Source: a virus (Duplodnaviria; Heunggongvirae; Uroviricota; Caudoviricetes). Taken from it: a DNA stretch of 64,000 nucleotides. The first letter of the stretch is position 1, and every line of letters begins with the position of its first letter. The notes below the pieces were generated by a model. It made no database searches. It was not told where the DNA came from and worked only from the letters and a program-made list of their open reading frames with translations. Location of the stretch: IMG/VR virus record IMGVR_UViG_3300028577_000006. One strand, written 5' to 3'. Made by a program: the position numbers and the translations under genes. Positions 1 through 9,772 of this stretch are shown here, in pieces.

Positions 1-155
1 CATGCACACGGCGCTGCACGCGGTGCAGCTGATGACCCTGGTTCCGTTCTCCAGCTTCTCGTACATCCACACGTCGTACCGTGCTCGCGCACGCGATGTC
101 AAGAGTGTGTCGCAAGCGCTTGACGAGCAGGCGCGCGCGAGCGTATTGCTGGGCA

Positions 156-503
156 ATGACGGCAGAAGCAGTCGAAGAGGCGGAGCGCGCGTTCGACCAG
201 GCCAGAGTCGCGCTCGAAGATGCACGCAAGCGGATGCGTGAGGCGCGGACGAAGTACGACGACGAGCAGGCGCGGAAGCTGATGGCCATCGAGCGCGAGA
301 TCGGTTCGATGCAGCAGTCGTCGCAAGACTTGGGCGAGCGCATCGCTGACGCTGCGCGCTCGCACGGGAATCTCTGCGTGGAGAACGGCGAGGCCTACAC
401 GTCGCCGCAGTGGAGACGCTTCCGAACGCTTCTCGCCGCACTCGTCAAGCGCGCGAGCGAAGCGGAAGCCCGTGTGTCGGAAGCCAGTGTCGGACAATCT
501 TGA
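156..503 (+). CDS. hypothetical coiled-coil protein (ORF extends to 81)
   Basis: ORF 81..503 with internal ATG at 156; Glu/Arg/Ala-rich helical sequence; first gene of + strand block. Confidence 0.35.
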   Translation: MTAEAVEEAERAFDQARVALEDARKRMREARTKYDDEQARKLMAIEREIGSMQQSSQDLGERIADAARSHGNLCVENGEAYTSPQWRRFRTLLAALVKRASEAEARVSEASVGQS

Positions 504-560
504 CGCACAGAAACGTGCGGCGTACTGTCGCGCTTCGCTGGGCACTCACGGAGGAATCGC

Positions 561-1373
561 ATGACGGAGTTCGGAGATCGGATCAAGGCGTATCGAGCAA
601 ACAAGCAGCTGACGCAGCCCGAGGCGTGTCTGCGGCTCTTTCCGATCAAGCACAAGGACTCGAACTACAACTCCCGCAACGTCTGGATCTCGCAGATCGA
701 GAACGGTCACAGCGTGATGTCCGAGAGCGCACCGGACTTCATCAACGTCATGCGTGAGCTTCGTCTCGAAGAGACCGAGCTGCTGAAGATGCTGCACGCT
801 GGTCAGAAGGAAATCCGGGCAGCCAAGGAAGCGACCAAGGAAGCCAGGAGCAAGTCGAGCAGCGCGAGCGCGACGCTCCAGGCGAACAAGGCCATCGACG
901 ATGCTCTCGCGGGGCTGGCGCCGCTCGCTCCGGCGGCCGACCTGGCCAGCAGGACCGGTGAGAAGAGGCCCGTCGGTCGACCACCCGGCCGAAAGACCAC
1001 GCGTCGGCCTTTCGTCGCTGTGGCGAAGAACGATGCCCCGCGGCTGCCGACGGTGGGCGAGAGCAGCGCGGCCAGCGCGGTCGAGGCGCTCGTCGGAGAC
1101 CTCAGCGTCGTGATGCAGAAGCGCTCGGCATCGACACAGGTGCGCGCGATTCATCACCAGACGCTTGGCGAGTTCGTGAAGCGCGTCGCTTCCGTCACGC
1201 TCATCGTGAGTCGCGGCGACACCAGCGATATCGGCGCGCTTGCGGAAGACCTCAGCCACGTCATGCAGAAGCGAGCCGCCTCGGAACACATCCGGAGGCT
1301 ACCGCACCAGGCGCTCGGCGACTTCGCCAAGCAGATGGTCACAGCCGCCGTGAAGCTCCAGGAGCGCGCGTGA
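561..1373 (+). CDS. XRE-family helix-turn-helix DNA-binding protein with internal ~35-aa tandem repeat
   Basis: N-terminal KAYRANKQLTQPEA HTH-like segment; GGAGGAA SD 6 nt upstream of ATG; C-terminal duplicated module DLSVVMQKRSAS.../DLSHVMQKRAAS... Confidence 0.65.
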   Translation: MTEFGDRIKAYRANKQLTQPEACLRLFPIKHKDSNYNSRNVWISQIENGHSVMSESAPDFINVMRELRLEETELLKMLHAGQKEIRAAKEATKEARSKSSSASATLQANKAIDDALAGLAPLAPAADLASRTGEKRPVGRPPGRKTTRRPFVAVAKNDAPRLPTVGESSAASAVEALVGDLSVVMQKRSASTQVRAIHHQTLGEFVKRVASVTLIVSRGDTSDIGALAEDLSHVMQKRAASEHIRRLPHQALGDFAKQMVTAAVKLQERA

Positions 1374-1810
1374 GCGAGACGCCAGCCCGGGGCAAGGTCT
1401 ACATCGCAGGATCGTCGAAGGAGATCTCACGTGTTCGGAAATGGATCGCAGCGCTGCGCGCCGCTGGATACGAGATCACCTGCGACTGGACGATCGACGT
1501 CGAAGCGGCCCAGAAGCTCGGGCGGCTGCCGACGGACGAAGAGGCCATCCCGCTCGCCATCATGGACATGAACGGCGTCCTCAACGCCACGATCCTATGG
1601 ATGCTGCGACCCGACACCGAGAGCACTGGCGTACACTCGGAGATCGGCATCGCCCTCGGGTGGAACGAGGCGATCAAGCGCTTCGGCGTGGGCGAAGAGC
1701 GTCTCGTCACGATCGCCAGCGGCGGCAACTCCAAGAACATCTTCTCGCTGCTCGCCGACCGCGTCTTCGCAACCGACGAAGAAGCCTTCGAACACCTCAC
1801 GAACTGGTGA
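1370..1810 (+). CDS. nucleoside 2-deoxyribosyltransferase-like protein (tentative)
   Basis: GTGA overlap with upstream stop; N-terminal KVYIAGS motif reminiscent of YxAGP of deoxyribosyltransferase-like folds. Confidence 0.45.
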   Translation: MSETPARGKVYIAGSSKEISRVRKWIAALRAAGYEITCDWTIDVEAAQKLGRLPTDEEAIPLAIMDMNGVLNATILWMLRPDTESTGVHSEIGIALGWNEAIKRFGVGEERLVTIASGGNSKNIFSLLADRVFATDEEAFEHLTNW

Positions 1811-1815
1811 CCAAG

Positions 1816-2313
1816 ATGGCCGTGCCTCCCAACAAGACCTCGCGACGACGACGCGTCCCGAAGTGCGGGCGCTTCTGGGTTTGGGTCGAGTACCGTCACT
1901 CGTCCGACGACCTGGACACATGGATCCACCACGTCGCCGGACACGGCTCCAGCGGCGGTGGACACGGACTCGATGACGACATGCGCGACCTGTCGTGGGA
2001 CATCTCGTCGAAGCCTTCCGCGATTGCGATGGGCCGCCGCATCGCGAAGGTCATGGCGCTCGCACGCTCGAAGGGCGACTGGCACGCGTACGTCACGGAC
2101 ACGCAGTCCTACGACGAGAAGAACGAGCGGAAGACGCGCGTCTGGTCTGCGGGAGGCATTCAGGACCCGGCCCGCTGGACCATGACGATCTCCGAAGGCT
2201 TCCTGAAGCCTTTCCTCAAACACAAGAACAAGCGCGTGCGAGCGCGTGCGAAGGCGATGATCGAGCAGCAGAGGACCGCGAAGGCGCTGCTCAAGAAGAA
2301 GAGGAAGAAGTGA
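1816..2313 (+). CDS. hypothetical protein with lysine-rich C-terminus
   Basis: in-frame ATG 5 nt after previous stop within ORF 1441..2313; upstream part of that ORF is antisense-like Arg-rich. Confidence 0.45.
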   Translation: MAVPPNKTSRRRRVPKCGRFWVWVEYRHSSDDLDTWIHHVAGHGSSGGGHGLDDDMRDLSWDISSKPSAIAMGRRIAKVMALARSKGDWHAYVTDTQSYDEKNERKTRVWSAGGIQDPARWTMTISEGFLKPFLKHKNKRVRARAKAMIEQQRTAKALLKKKRKK

Positions 2314-2603
2314 CGAACGCATACGCGATCGCCTGGCTCGGTGAGCTTGGCGGCGTCCAGTACATCCAGATCGCGAGCGAGTCGCCAGACTGCATCGAGC
2401 GCCACGGCGTCTACCCGTTCCCGGTGCTCATCCTGAGCACCCAGGGCAAGACGTTCGCGGACGCTTCGCGCGGCTGCAAGGAGATGCTCGCGCAGCGCGT
2501 GCCGTCGTGGCTCCGCTTCATGCGAAACCCATCGCACCTCCAACAGCTGAGCAAGAGTGCTGCCGTGATCAAGGCCTCGGGGCGTCTCCTCAAGACGCGT
2601 TGA
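2310..2603 (+). CDS. hypothetical protein
   Basis: GTG at 2310 overlapping previous TGA (GTGA); protein-like composition from VTNAYAIAWLGEL. Confidence 0.45.
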   Translation: MTNAYAIAWLGELGGVQYIQIASESPDCIERHGVYPFPVLILSTQGKTFADASRGCKEMLAQRVPSWLRFMRNPSHLQQLSKSAAVIKASGRLLKTR

Positions 2604-2622
2604 CTACGAAAGCGAGAACCAC

Positions 2623-2994
2623 ATGGGTGATCAAAACGAGACGATGAACTGTTCGGACGCGATGAAGCTCGTGCTGGAGCACGGCGCGCGCGTCACACGG
2701 CGTGGATGGCGTGAGGCCCACAGGGCCGGCTGGTCCTCATGGGTGTCATCCATGCACATGAGCCACTTTCCCGGCGTCCGTTCCGAGTTCGTGCGATTCC
2801 ACAATGGGAGCACATCCCTCGGCTTCGGCACGCCGTCCGTGTATCAAGCGTCTACCGGCCCGTCTGAATCAGACCCGACTTCTTTTCGTAGCAACGTCAC
2901 CTTCGAGTGGACGCCAAGCATGGACGACATCGTCGCTACGGACTGGTACGTCATCGAGGGCGACTCGGCAGCGTGGGAGACCAAGGCCGAATGA
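2623..2994 (+). CDS. DUF2829-family protein (paralog 1; alt. start 2644)
   Basis: SDAMKLVLEHGARVTRRGW ... DWYVIE pattern typical of phage DUF2829 proteins. Confidence 0.6.
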   Translation: MGDQNETMNCSDAMKLVLEHGARVTRRGWREAHRAGWSSWVSSMHMSHFPGVRSEFVRFHNGSTSLGFGTPSVYQASTGPSESDPTSFRSNVTFEWTPSMDDIVATDWYVIEGDSAAWETKAE

Positions 2995-3692
2995 CCGGAA
3001 ACTTCCGGGACAAGATCCAGCCGCTCGTCAACCAGCTGCTCGACGCCTGCGCTGAGGCCGACTTGGACTGCGTGACGGTGATTCGACCAGATCCATACGA
3101 AGGACACGACGGACAATCGCTCCACGCGATCAACCTGGACGTGACCATGAAGGGCAACGTCGACAATGGCCGGCCCAACCTACGACTGTCCCGCAGCTAC
3201 ATGAACGTCGGCGACAAACCTTTCACGCTAAACATGCCGCCTCGGGGCGGAGCGGAACGACTTTCTGTGGGCGGCGTCAACAAGAAGGACAGCGACATGA
3301 ATAGCATCGATGGGCCGATGGATGCGATGAGCTTTTCGCAGGCGCTGAGCCTCGCTGCGAACGAAAGCGCACGGATCACACGACCGTTCTGGTCCTCGAA
3401 TGGCGAGCTTGTGTGGGTCGGCATCCTACGCGCCGAGTGTATTGGCGCCGTCAGTCCCCACGTCACCAGTTACGCCGTGTGGCATGTCGCGGCGATGCCA
3501 GATACTCGACCAGACATCGGCGATTCAGGCATGCTGTTCTACATGGCGGAGCAGACCATGCACAAGACGACCGATCGCGACGCCGCTCCGATCGTCTACC
3601 ACAGAACCAACGTCACCTTGGGCTGGAAGCCTTCGGCTGACGACATGCTCGCGGTGGACTGGACGATCATCGACAACGGGATGGCCGAGTGA
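2991..3692 (+). CDS. protein with C-terminal DUF2829 domain (paralog 2)
   Basis: ATGA overlap; C-terminal MSFSQALSLAANESARITRPFW ... DWTIIDNG matches DUF2829 pattern. Confidence 0.55.
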   Translation: MTGNFRDKIQPLVNQLLDACAEADLDCVTVIRPDPYEGHDGQSLHAINLDVTMKGNVDNGRPNLRLSRSYMNVGDKPFTLNMPPRGGAERLSVGGVNKKDSDMNSIDGPMDAMSFSQALSLAANESARITRPFWSSNGELVWVGILRAECIGAVSPHVTSYAVWHVAAMPDTRPDIGDSGMLFYMAEQTMHKTTDRDAAPIVYHRTNVTLGWKPSADDMLAVDWTIIDNGMAE

Positions 3693-4054
3693 ACTTCTCC
3701 GAAGCGCTCCACCTCGTCGTGCACGAGAACGAGAAGGTCACGCGCGCCATCTGGCAAACCGAAGGGTGGGCACGTTCCGCTCAGGCGTCGTGCGACGTTG
3801 GCTCCAAGCTCTGGATCATGACGCTGCTCCCAGGCATGTTCGGCCTGTCGTCCAGTGACGATGACTATTTCTCTGCATTCGGTGGATACGGCCGGCGCCC
3901 GGTCGACAATCAGCCACGGCTTCTTCGCGTCACGTTCGGGCCACTGCGACAGCACAGCGACCCGCCGTCGCGGTTCAATCGCGTGGCGGAATGGATGCCC
4001 GACATGGAGGACATGCTCGCGACGGACTGGATGACCGCGGCAGCCATCCCATGA
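3689..4054 (+). CDS. DUF2829-family protein (paralog 3)
   Basis: ATGA overlap; MNFSEALHLVVHENEKVTRAIW ... DWMTA. Confidence 0.6.
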   Translation: MNFSEALHLVVHENEKVTRAIWQTEGWARSAQASCDVGSKLWIMTLLPGMFGLSSSDDDYFSAFGGYGRRPVDNQPRLLRVTFGPLRQHSDPPSRFNRVAEWMPDMEDMLATDWMTAAAIP

Positions 4055-4335
4055 CCCGCATGTCGATCGAGCCGCACGGGCCGGCCCAGCGTTACGACAC
4101 GATTCGGATCGAGAACGACCGAGAGCGCTCGGCTGCCGAAGCCAGGCAGTTCGCGGTCAGGCTGCACCCGGACGTCGACCGGATCGTCATCACCGGTCGC
4201 AACGGCTACTTCTTGTACGAAGAGTACGTTCTGCGCGGTGATGGCGTCTGGATCGACAAGCATCCGCCGCGCGAAGGAGAAGGCTCCTCCATGCACCGCG
4301 TGATCAGCTACATCGTCCGACGCCTGTTCCCGTGA
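4051..4335 (+). CDS. hypothetical protein
   Basis: ATGA-coupled ORF. Confidence 0.4.
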   Translation: MTRMSIEPHGPAQRYDTIRIENDRERSAAEARQFAVRLHPDVDRIVITGRNGYFLYEEYVLRGDGVWIDKHPPREGEGSSMHRVISYIVRRLFP

Positions 4336-4389
4336 CTGTCTGACGATGCTGCGTTTTGCGGTTGCACAGACGCGTTCTGGCGCGTAGAA

Positions 4390-4710
4390 GTGTGTCGTAT
4401 GCACCTGACCGCAACGAAGCCCAGCGATCTGCGCCCGGAGTTGCTGCGATTCGCGCTCGCCATGGAGAACCAGCTTCGGGAGAACGACTGGAAGCGCCAC
4501 TGGCGAGGCGACGGCGGGCGTGGTGGTGGATGGGGTGCGATGCGCTGGTCAGACATCGCGAACCGCATTCGAGGCGAGCTGACCGAGCTTCGTACGCTCA
4601 TGAAGAGCACGCGTCTGCGAAGCCGCGATGACTTCAAGGAACGCGTCACGAAAGAAGCGGCCGACGTCGCCAACTTCGCGATGATGATGTCCGACATCTA
4701 CGGAGAGTGA
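4390..4710 (+). CDS. MazG-like nucleotide pyrophosphohydrolase (all-alpha NTP-PPase)
   Basis: C-terminal EAADVANFAMMMSD motif typical of phage MazG-like proteins; ~105 aa. Confidence 0.55.
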   Translation: MCRMHLTATKPSDLRPELLRFALAMENQLRENDWKRHWRGDGGRGGGWGAMRWSDIANRIRGELTELRTLMKSTRLRSRDDFKERVTKEAADVANFAMMMSDIYGE

Positions 4711-5192
4711 TCGTGGCCTACCGAGATCACGATCCGGAGATGGCTTCTGTCCTGATTGCTCGGGCGGAGCGCGCAAGCCGCAGGTCGACGAGGATGATCC
4801 GCAACGCGTTGCTACGTGAACGGCGACTTGCTGTGATCGCAAGCGGCTGCGCAATCTTCTTCGCTGGCTGGGCAGGGATGCTCATCGCTTGGTCAAGCGA
4901 CCTGGCCTCCATGCGGAGCGCCGACCCGGCGCTGTGTGAAGCGGCGCGCGACGAACAACGAGCAAGCGACGAAGAAGAAGCGAACGCCGCTGCCTTCGCG
5001 GCTTCGTCACTGGCAGATCGGAACCTCTACGACACCGCCATCGACATGGCGGAAGACTGCGAGAGGATCCGCAACCGCGCCGTCGCCGCCGAGCACGAGC
5101 GCGCCATCCACATGGTCGACGAGTGCGCAGCGGAGCGAGAGACGCTGCGTCATGCGATGATCGGACGCGGACCGATCACGGTGGGCCAGTGA
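4707..5192 (+). CDS. hypothetical membrane protein
   Basis: GTGA overlap; predicted TM segment LAVIASGCAIFFAGWAGMLIAW. Confidence 0.4.
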   Translation: MIVAYRDHDPEMASVLIARAERASRRSTRMIRNALLRERRLAVIASGCAIFFAGWAGMLIAWSSDLASMRSADPALCEAARDEQRASDEEEANAAAFAASSLADRNLYDTAIDMAEDCERIRNRAVAAEHERAIHMVDECAAERETLRHAMIGRGPITVGQ

Positions 5193-5575
5193 GCACCGTG
5201 GAGACGCCGGCCGACCTGCTCTTGGTACTGAGCACGCTGGGCTTCAAGACCTGGGGCGTGTACGGCTGGCTGGAGCGCGCACGCACCGAACATCCGGTGA
5301 ACCGCTTCGTCGACCGCTACGACACTGCGCCGGCAGACATCTGCCGCACGCTCGCGATCCACGTTGCGCGCCTGCCGAAAACGCGCCCCTACATCCCGCG
5401 CGATGCCGACTCGGTGCGGTCCGCGTATCCCGCTGTGGAAGTCGAGCGCGCGATCTTCAACGCATACTGCCGCTCGCTCGCAACCGGAGTGCCGCTTCAG
5501 CAGGTTCGACAAGGCGCGTTCGCACACATCTACCTGCCGGGCAAGGCCCAGTACGCTGACGACAAGCAGCGCTGA
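5189..5575 (+). CDS. hypothetical protein
   Basis: GTGA overlap at 5189-5192. Confidence 0.4.
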   Translation: MSTVETPADLLLVLSTLGFKTWGVYGWLERARTEHPVNRFVDRYDTAPADICRTLAIHVARLPKTRPYIPRDADSVRSAYPAVEVERAIFNAYCRSLATGVPLQQVRQGAFAHIYLPGKAQYADDKQR

Positions 5576-5577
5576 CC

Positions 5578-6876
5578 ATGGCCTACGTGAAGAAACGGTG
5601 GACGGTCGAGCACAGCTGGTTCTGTTCGGCGTGCAAGACGCAGGTCCAAGGCCGGCACCTCACGTGCCCGAAGTGCGGCAAACCGAAGAGCGACGAGAAC
5701 TACGACGAGCGCAACGCTACGAGGCTGCCGGCGGTCACAGATCCAAAGCTCATCGCGATCGCCAGCGGAGGGCCCAACTGGGACTGCGCGTTCTGTCGCT
5801 TCGAGAACCGTAACCGCGCGGCGGTGTGCGCCCAGTGCGGCGCTGCGAGCCGTACCGTCAACGACATCCGCGCAGCCGTAGGATTCGCCCCCATAGCGAT
5901 GTCGAATGCCGTCTACCCAGCGATTCCGAAGATCGTGCCGGGGGCGCGCGAGTCGATCGAGACCCAACCCGGCGTGCACGCCGTATCTTCATCGACATCG
6001 ATCTTTGCGCCAGGGCCCGGAGACAAGCGTACCGCGACGCCGTCTGCCGGCGGCTACCGCGATGCTCCCGTGAAGCGGATCGACGAAGAGGCCGTCCCCT
6101 CTCCGCCGACAGAAACGCCGAAACCTCGCCGGAGTCGGTTCGATCCCGGAGCAAATCGCGCCGCGGTGCTGGTACTCGCTTGCGCCGGATCAATCGCCGC
6201 CTTCATCGCGCTGTTCGTGTGGCTCCTGACGCCATGGCACGAGCACGTGCACATCGTCGGCGCCACCTGGGCGCGATGGTGCGAACTTCAGCATCGAGAG
6301 ACGCGTCATGATCAGGACTGGGGATCGCCACCAGGAGCGTTCAACATCTCGTGCGTATCGCGGCAACATGGAACACACGAGTGCAACCCCTACGATTGCC
6401 GCCCGCACGACGTCGACTGCCGCTGTCATCAAGTCGCAGACGGCGAATCGTGCGACACACAGTGCAGCTCCGGTGGCAACGGCTTCAGTGATTGCGAAGA
6501 GGTCTGCGAGACCGAGTACACAACCGAGTGCGACACGTGTACGGAGTACGACACGTGCTACGAGCAGTGCCCGACATACGACGACTGGTGCGACTACGAC
6601 TACTACGCGTGGCCAGCGGTCGCGCACGCAGCAGCGGCAGGAACTGACCGCGACGAGGTCATCTGGCCCGCCGTGCCAGCGACCGACCTGAACTCGGGCA
6701 TGTACCGCGTCGTTCGCGACGAGGAGTACCACGTCACGTTCAGCAACCAGAACGGCACGTGGAACGCAGAACCAGGCTCCGAAAGCGATTTCCATCGCTT
6801 CCACACCGGCGCCGCGTGGGACATTCAGGTGACGCACGCAGGCGCCGTCACGCCCATCCACGAGGAACATCCATGA
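5578..6876 (+). CDS. RanBP2-type zinc-finger / zinc-ribbon protein with TM helix and cysteine-rich acidic C-terminal domain
   Basis: N-terminal CxxC..CxxC ribbon and WDCAFCRFENRNRAAVCAQCG (RanBP2 ZnF signature); hydrophobic segment; >25 Cys in C-terminal 100 aa. Confidence 0.55.
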   Translation: MAYVKKRWTVEHSWFCSACKTQVQGRHLTCPKCGKPKSDENYDERNATRLPAVTDPKLIAIASGGPNWDCAFCRFENRNRAAVCAQCGAASRTVNDIRAAVGFAPIAMSNAVYPAIPKIVPGARESIETQPGVHAVSSSTSIFAPGPGDKRTATPSAGGYRDAPVKRIDEEAVPSPPTETPKPRRSRFDPGANRAAVLVLACAGSIAAFIALFVWLLTPWHEHVHIVGATWARWCELQHRETRHDQDWGSPPGAFNISCVSRQHGTHECNPYDCRPHDVDCRCHQVADGESCDTQCSSGGNGFSDCEEVCETEYTTECDTCTEYDTCYEQCPTYDDWCDYDYYAWPAVAHAAAAGTDRDEVIWPAVPATDLNSGMYRVVRDEEYHVTFSNQNGTWNAEPGSESDFHRFHTGAAWDIQVTHAGAVTPIHEEHP

Positions 6877-7091
6877 GCTTCAGAGGCATCATCCGGCAGC
6901 TGCGCAAGCAGAGCGAGGACGAGAAGATCGCACAGGAGCTTCGCGACTCCGCGGATGCGATGTGGACCAACGTCATCCAGCGCTCTCCAGTCGCAAGTTA
7001 CGCCGTGCGTGAGCAAGCCGAACGCGAACTCGACAAGATTCTCGGGCGTGTGCACAAAGCCATCCGCGCGTACGACGAGAGGCAGAGGTAG
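6873..7091 (+). CDS. small hypothetical protein
   Basis: ATGA overlap. Confidence 0.4.
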   Translation: MSFRGIIRQLRKQSEDEKIAQELRDSADAMWTNVIQRSPVASYAVREQAERELDKILGRVHKAIRAYDERQR

Positions 7092-7094
7092 ATC

Positions 7095-7574
7095 ATGAAG
7101 AAGTGCCAGAGGTGTTCATCGGTCCGCGTCGCAAACATCGGCGGTAAGTGCAGCGACATGTGCGGCTACTCGGTCGGCGACGGAGACGCGCTCGACGGGT
7201 ACGTCCCTGGCGACATGGGCATCGGCGGCGGCGACTACATCGAGTTCGATTTCTGCCTGGACTGCGGCCAGATCCAGGGCCAGAAGAGGAAGACGGCGAT
7301 GACTGATGACAAGCAGCCGATCGGCTACACGCTCGGCGACGACTACTCGAAGGTCAATGACTTCTCCAGGTCACAGCCGGTGTACGAGATCACTCCGGAA
7401 CAGGAGGCGCTGAAGCTCCGGATCCAGGAGAACGCCGAGGCGCTCAAGGCAATCCAGGAAGAGGCGCGCGCGCTTGCGAACGCGTGCAAGCATCCAATCT
7501 GGAACGACACGGGCGGCTTCCTCTACTACGAGCGCCGCTGCTTCATCTGCGACCAGCACATCGACGACATCTGA
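7095..7574 (+). CDS. zinc-ribbon protein
   Basis: SD GAGG upstream; CQRC...CSDMC...CLDCG and C-terminal CFICDQH. Confidence 0.5.
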   Translation: MKKCQRCSSVRVANIGGKCSDMCGYSVGDGDALDGYVPGDMGIGGGDYIEFDFCLDCGQIQGQKRKTAMTDDKQPIGYTLGDDYSKVNDFSRSQPVYEITPEQEALKLRIQENAEALKAIQEEARALANACKHPIWNDTGGFLYYERRCFICDQHIDDI

Positions 7575-8548
7575 TGCTGATCCCGGAAGAAGATCGAGAT
7601 GCGCTCGCGCTCGGCCGAGGCATCCTGACCGTCACGAAGGCGCTCGGAGCGCTCGCTCGCGGCGTGCTATCCGCCAGCAGCGCGGCGGCCGATGACATGC
7701 AGCAGAGCGGCGTGCGCGGCGCGATCGCCAGCTCGCTTCGTCGCGCAGCAGAAAAGCTCGATCGCAACAGCTACGTAAACGATCCGCCCTTTCCGCCGCC
7801 GAGCTTCGCGACCCCCGCGCCGCGTTCGGCGTGGAGTGATCCGGCAGCAGCGCCGTGGAGTCCAACTGAAGAGGACATCGACCAGATCGACGCGGCGTTC
7901 TTCGGTGGAAGCGACGATCGGGTGATGCCCGATCTCCGAGCAGCGCCTCAAGCCATACAGACGGCTGCGGTTACGAACCCGCTGTTCGATCAGCCTGGCC
8001 ACGTCGGAGTGATTGCCCACGTTCTCGCCGACCATCTTCACGCATCACTAACCAACAACGAGAACGAGCGCGACTGCGCACGAGACATCGCCAAGTCGCT
8101 CGGCGGCGAAGACATGGCGACCGTGCTGGCGTGCACGGACAGGCAGGTATACATCGCGGTCCGCAAGGCCGCGCATATGAGCCTCGGTGCCGTGAACGAG
8201 AAATACGTCGTTGGCGTCATGCGCGCGCTGCGGTCGATGTACGTGAGCGGCGCCTCAAATACATACCGCGGGAATGGGAACGGATACGCGCCGTTCAGTT
8301 CCGCGATCGGTCCGACGCCCGCCGACGACGATATGATCGAGTCGATCGTCACGCCGAGACCGGACGCTCAGATGGCAGAAGCACGCATCGAGCCTTGGCC
8401 TGCGCGGAACATGGACGACGCTGATGACGATCACGACCGTCTGGGCGGCGGCGTCGAAATACGAGACGACGAGTCCGAAGAGCGTGAGCTGAGTGTCGAT
8501 GCCGAAGAGCAGGCGATGCGCGACCTCGACGAGTCTGTCGGCGTCTAG
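7574..8548 (+). CDS. hypothetical protein with acidic C-terminus
   Basis: ATG overlapping previous TGA; last gene of + block before convergent junction. Confidence 0.45.
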   Translation: MLIPEEDRDALALGRGILTVTKALGALARGVLSASSAAADDMQQSGVRGAIASSLRRAAEKLDRNSYVNDPPFPPPSFATPAPRSAWSDPAAAPWSPTEEDIDQIDAAFFGGSDDRVMPDLRAAPQAIQTAAVTNPLFDQPGHVGVIAHVLADHLHASLTNNENERDCARDIAKSLGGEDMATVLACTDRQVYIAVRKAAHMSLGAVNEKYVVGVMRALRSMYVSGASNTYRGNGNGYAPFSSAIGPTPADDDMIESIVTPRPDAQMAEARIEPWPARNMDDADDDHDRLGGGVEIRDDESEERELSVDAEEQAMRDLDESVGV

Positions 8549-8849
8549 CGCTCGTCCTCCGGATCTGTCTCTCCAGGCCGAGCCCCAACCGCGCCGCCAA
8601 GCGCATCCAGCGACTTCTGCGCGTGATCGCGCGCGGCGGCGGCGTGCTGAGCCGCCTCTCCCATCGCCGGCAACGTTGTCGACGAGATTCTGCGTCCGCG
8701 TCGTGCCGCCGCGCGAACAACACGCCATGCGTATCGTTCGGTCTCGGTCAGCATGACAGCGGTTGCATCGAGAAGTCCGATCGCCGCATCAAGGTCCATG
8801 CCGTATCGTAGCAGACAGACCAGTGGAGTCGCGGCGAGTCAGCAACGAG

Positions 8850-9644
8850 TCAGCGGCGCTTCACCCCTACGGGTGAACGCTTTGCTGCCGCCTTGCGCGC
8901 GGCGACGATCGGATCTTCGCTCGAAGCGGGTGACGCTCCCGCCACACCACCGAGCATCGAGACATCGCCAGTCGCCATCGCGTTGACCTCGGCCGCGTTG
9001 AAGAGCGAAGCGCCGGCAGCGCCACGCACGACGCTGCCATACTGCGTGTGCGACATCTGGCGGCTGCGCAGCACAGCCTGACTCGTGGCGCCGTAGAGAG
9101 CTTCGGTGCCCATCTTGCTGCCCTGATATCCCGCCGTTGCGCCCTTGCTGACGCCAAGCGAGTCCCCAGCAGCGAAGGCGTCGATGTTCGCGGCAGCGAA
9201 CACGAAGAGCCAGCCGCCCTCCTCTTGGTGCTCCTTCACCATGGCCCGAAGCTGGGCGGACGTGAACTCCTTCGAAGCGTTCTCGGCGCCATCCGTGTGC
9301 ACGACGACGATCACGCGCTCGGGACGTTCTGCCACGGCCATCGCGTCGATCTTCGTGCCGAGCGAAGTGACAGATCGCCCCAGAGCGTCGTTCAACGCCG
9401 TGTTGCCTCGCGGCACGTACGTCAGCGCCGTGAGGTCAGGCACATCCGCAAGCGGCATGTGCATGAAGTCTTCCTGGTACTCGTGGTCGAACTGAACGAG
9501 TGACACGAAGCATGGCGTCGGGAGCACGCGCTGCTCCGCGATCAGCTTGTTGAACCCGTCGATGACCTGCTGTCGCACGCCCGACATCGACATCGATCGA
9601 TCGAGCACGAACATGATCTCCGTGGAACCCGCAACATCCGTCAT
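8850..9644 (-). CDS. von Willebrand factor A (vWA) domain protein
   Basis: FVLDRSMSMSG DxSxS MIDAS motif; internal ATG at 9644 overlaps stop of upstream small ORF (ATGA). Confidence 0.7.
   Translation of the reverse strand: MTDVAGSTEIMFVLDRSMSMSGVRQQVIDGFNKLIAEQRVLPTPCFVSLVQFDHEYQEDFMHMPLADVPDLTALTYVPRGNTALNDALGRSVTSLGTKIDAMAVAERPERVIVVVHTDGAENASKEFTSAQLRAMVKEHQEEGGWLFVFAAANIDAFAAGDSLGVSKGATAGYQGSKMGTEALYGATSQAVLRSRQMSHTQYGSVVRGAAGASLFNAAEVNAMATGDVSMLGGVAGASPASSEDPIVAARKAAAKRSPVGVKRR
8862..8885. terminator. hairpin GTTCACCC-CTAC-GGGTGAAC at convergent gene junction
   Basis: 8-bp GC-rich stem overlapping the 3' end of the vWA gene at the + / - block boundary. Confidence 0.3.
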
Positions 9645-9772
9645 CGCTTCCTCGCCTTCTTCGTCTTCTTCGCCACCTTCGACACGTACTGAACCAGAGC
9701 TTCGACCGGAAGCCTGATCGACTCGCAGCGATCTTCCATTCGCTTGATCGAGTAACCGCCCTTGAAGTTCAC
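9641..9772 (-). CDS. small basic protein (43 aa, tentative)
   Basis: GTG at 9772 overlaps upstream TGA and its own stop overlaps vWA ATG. Confidence 0.3.
   Translation of the reverse strand: MNFKGGYSIKRMEDRCESIRLPVEALVQYVSKVAKKTKKARKR

Noticed and set aside
1399-2322. Long - strand ORF (307 aa) and + ORF 1441..1810 overlapping the + strand genes
   Set aside because: Arg/Ala-rich antisense or out-of-frame translations typical of high-GC DNA; the opposite-strand and in-frame genes have motifs and coupling.
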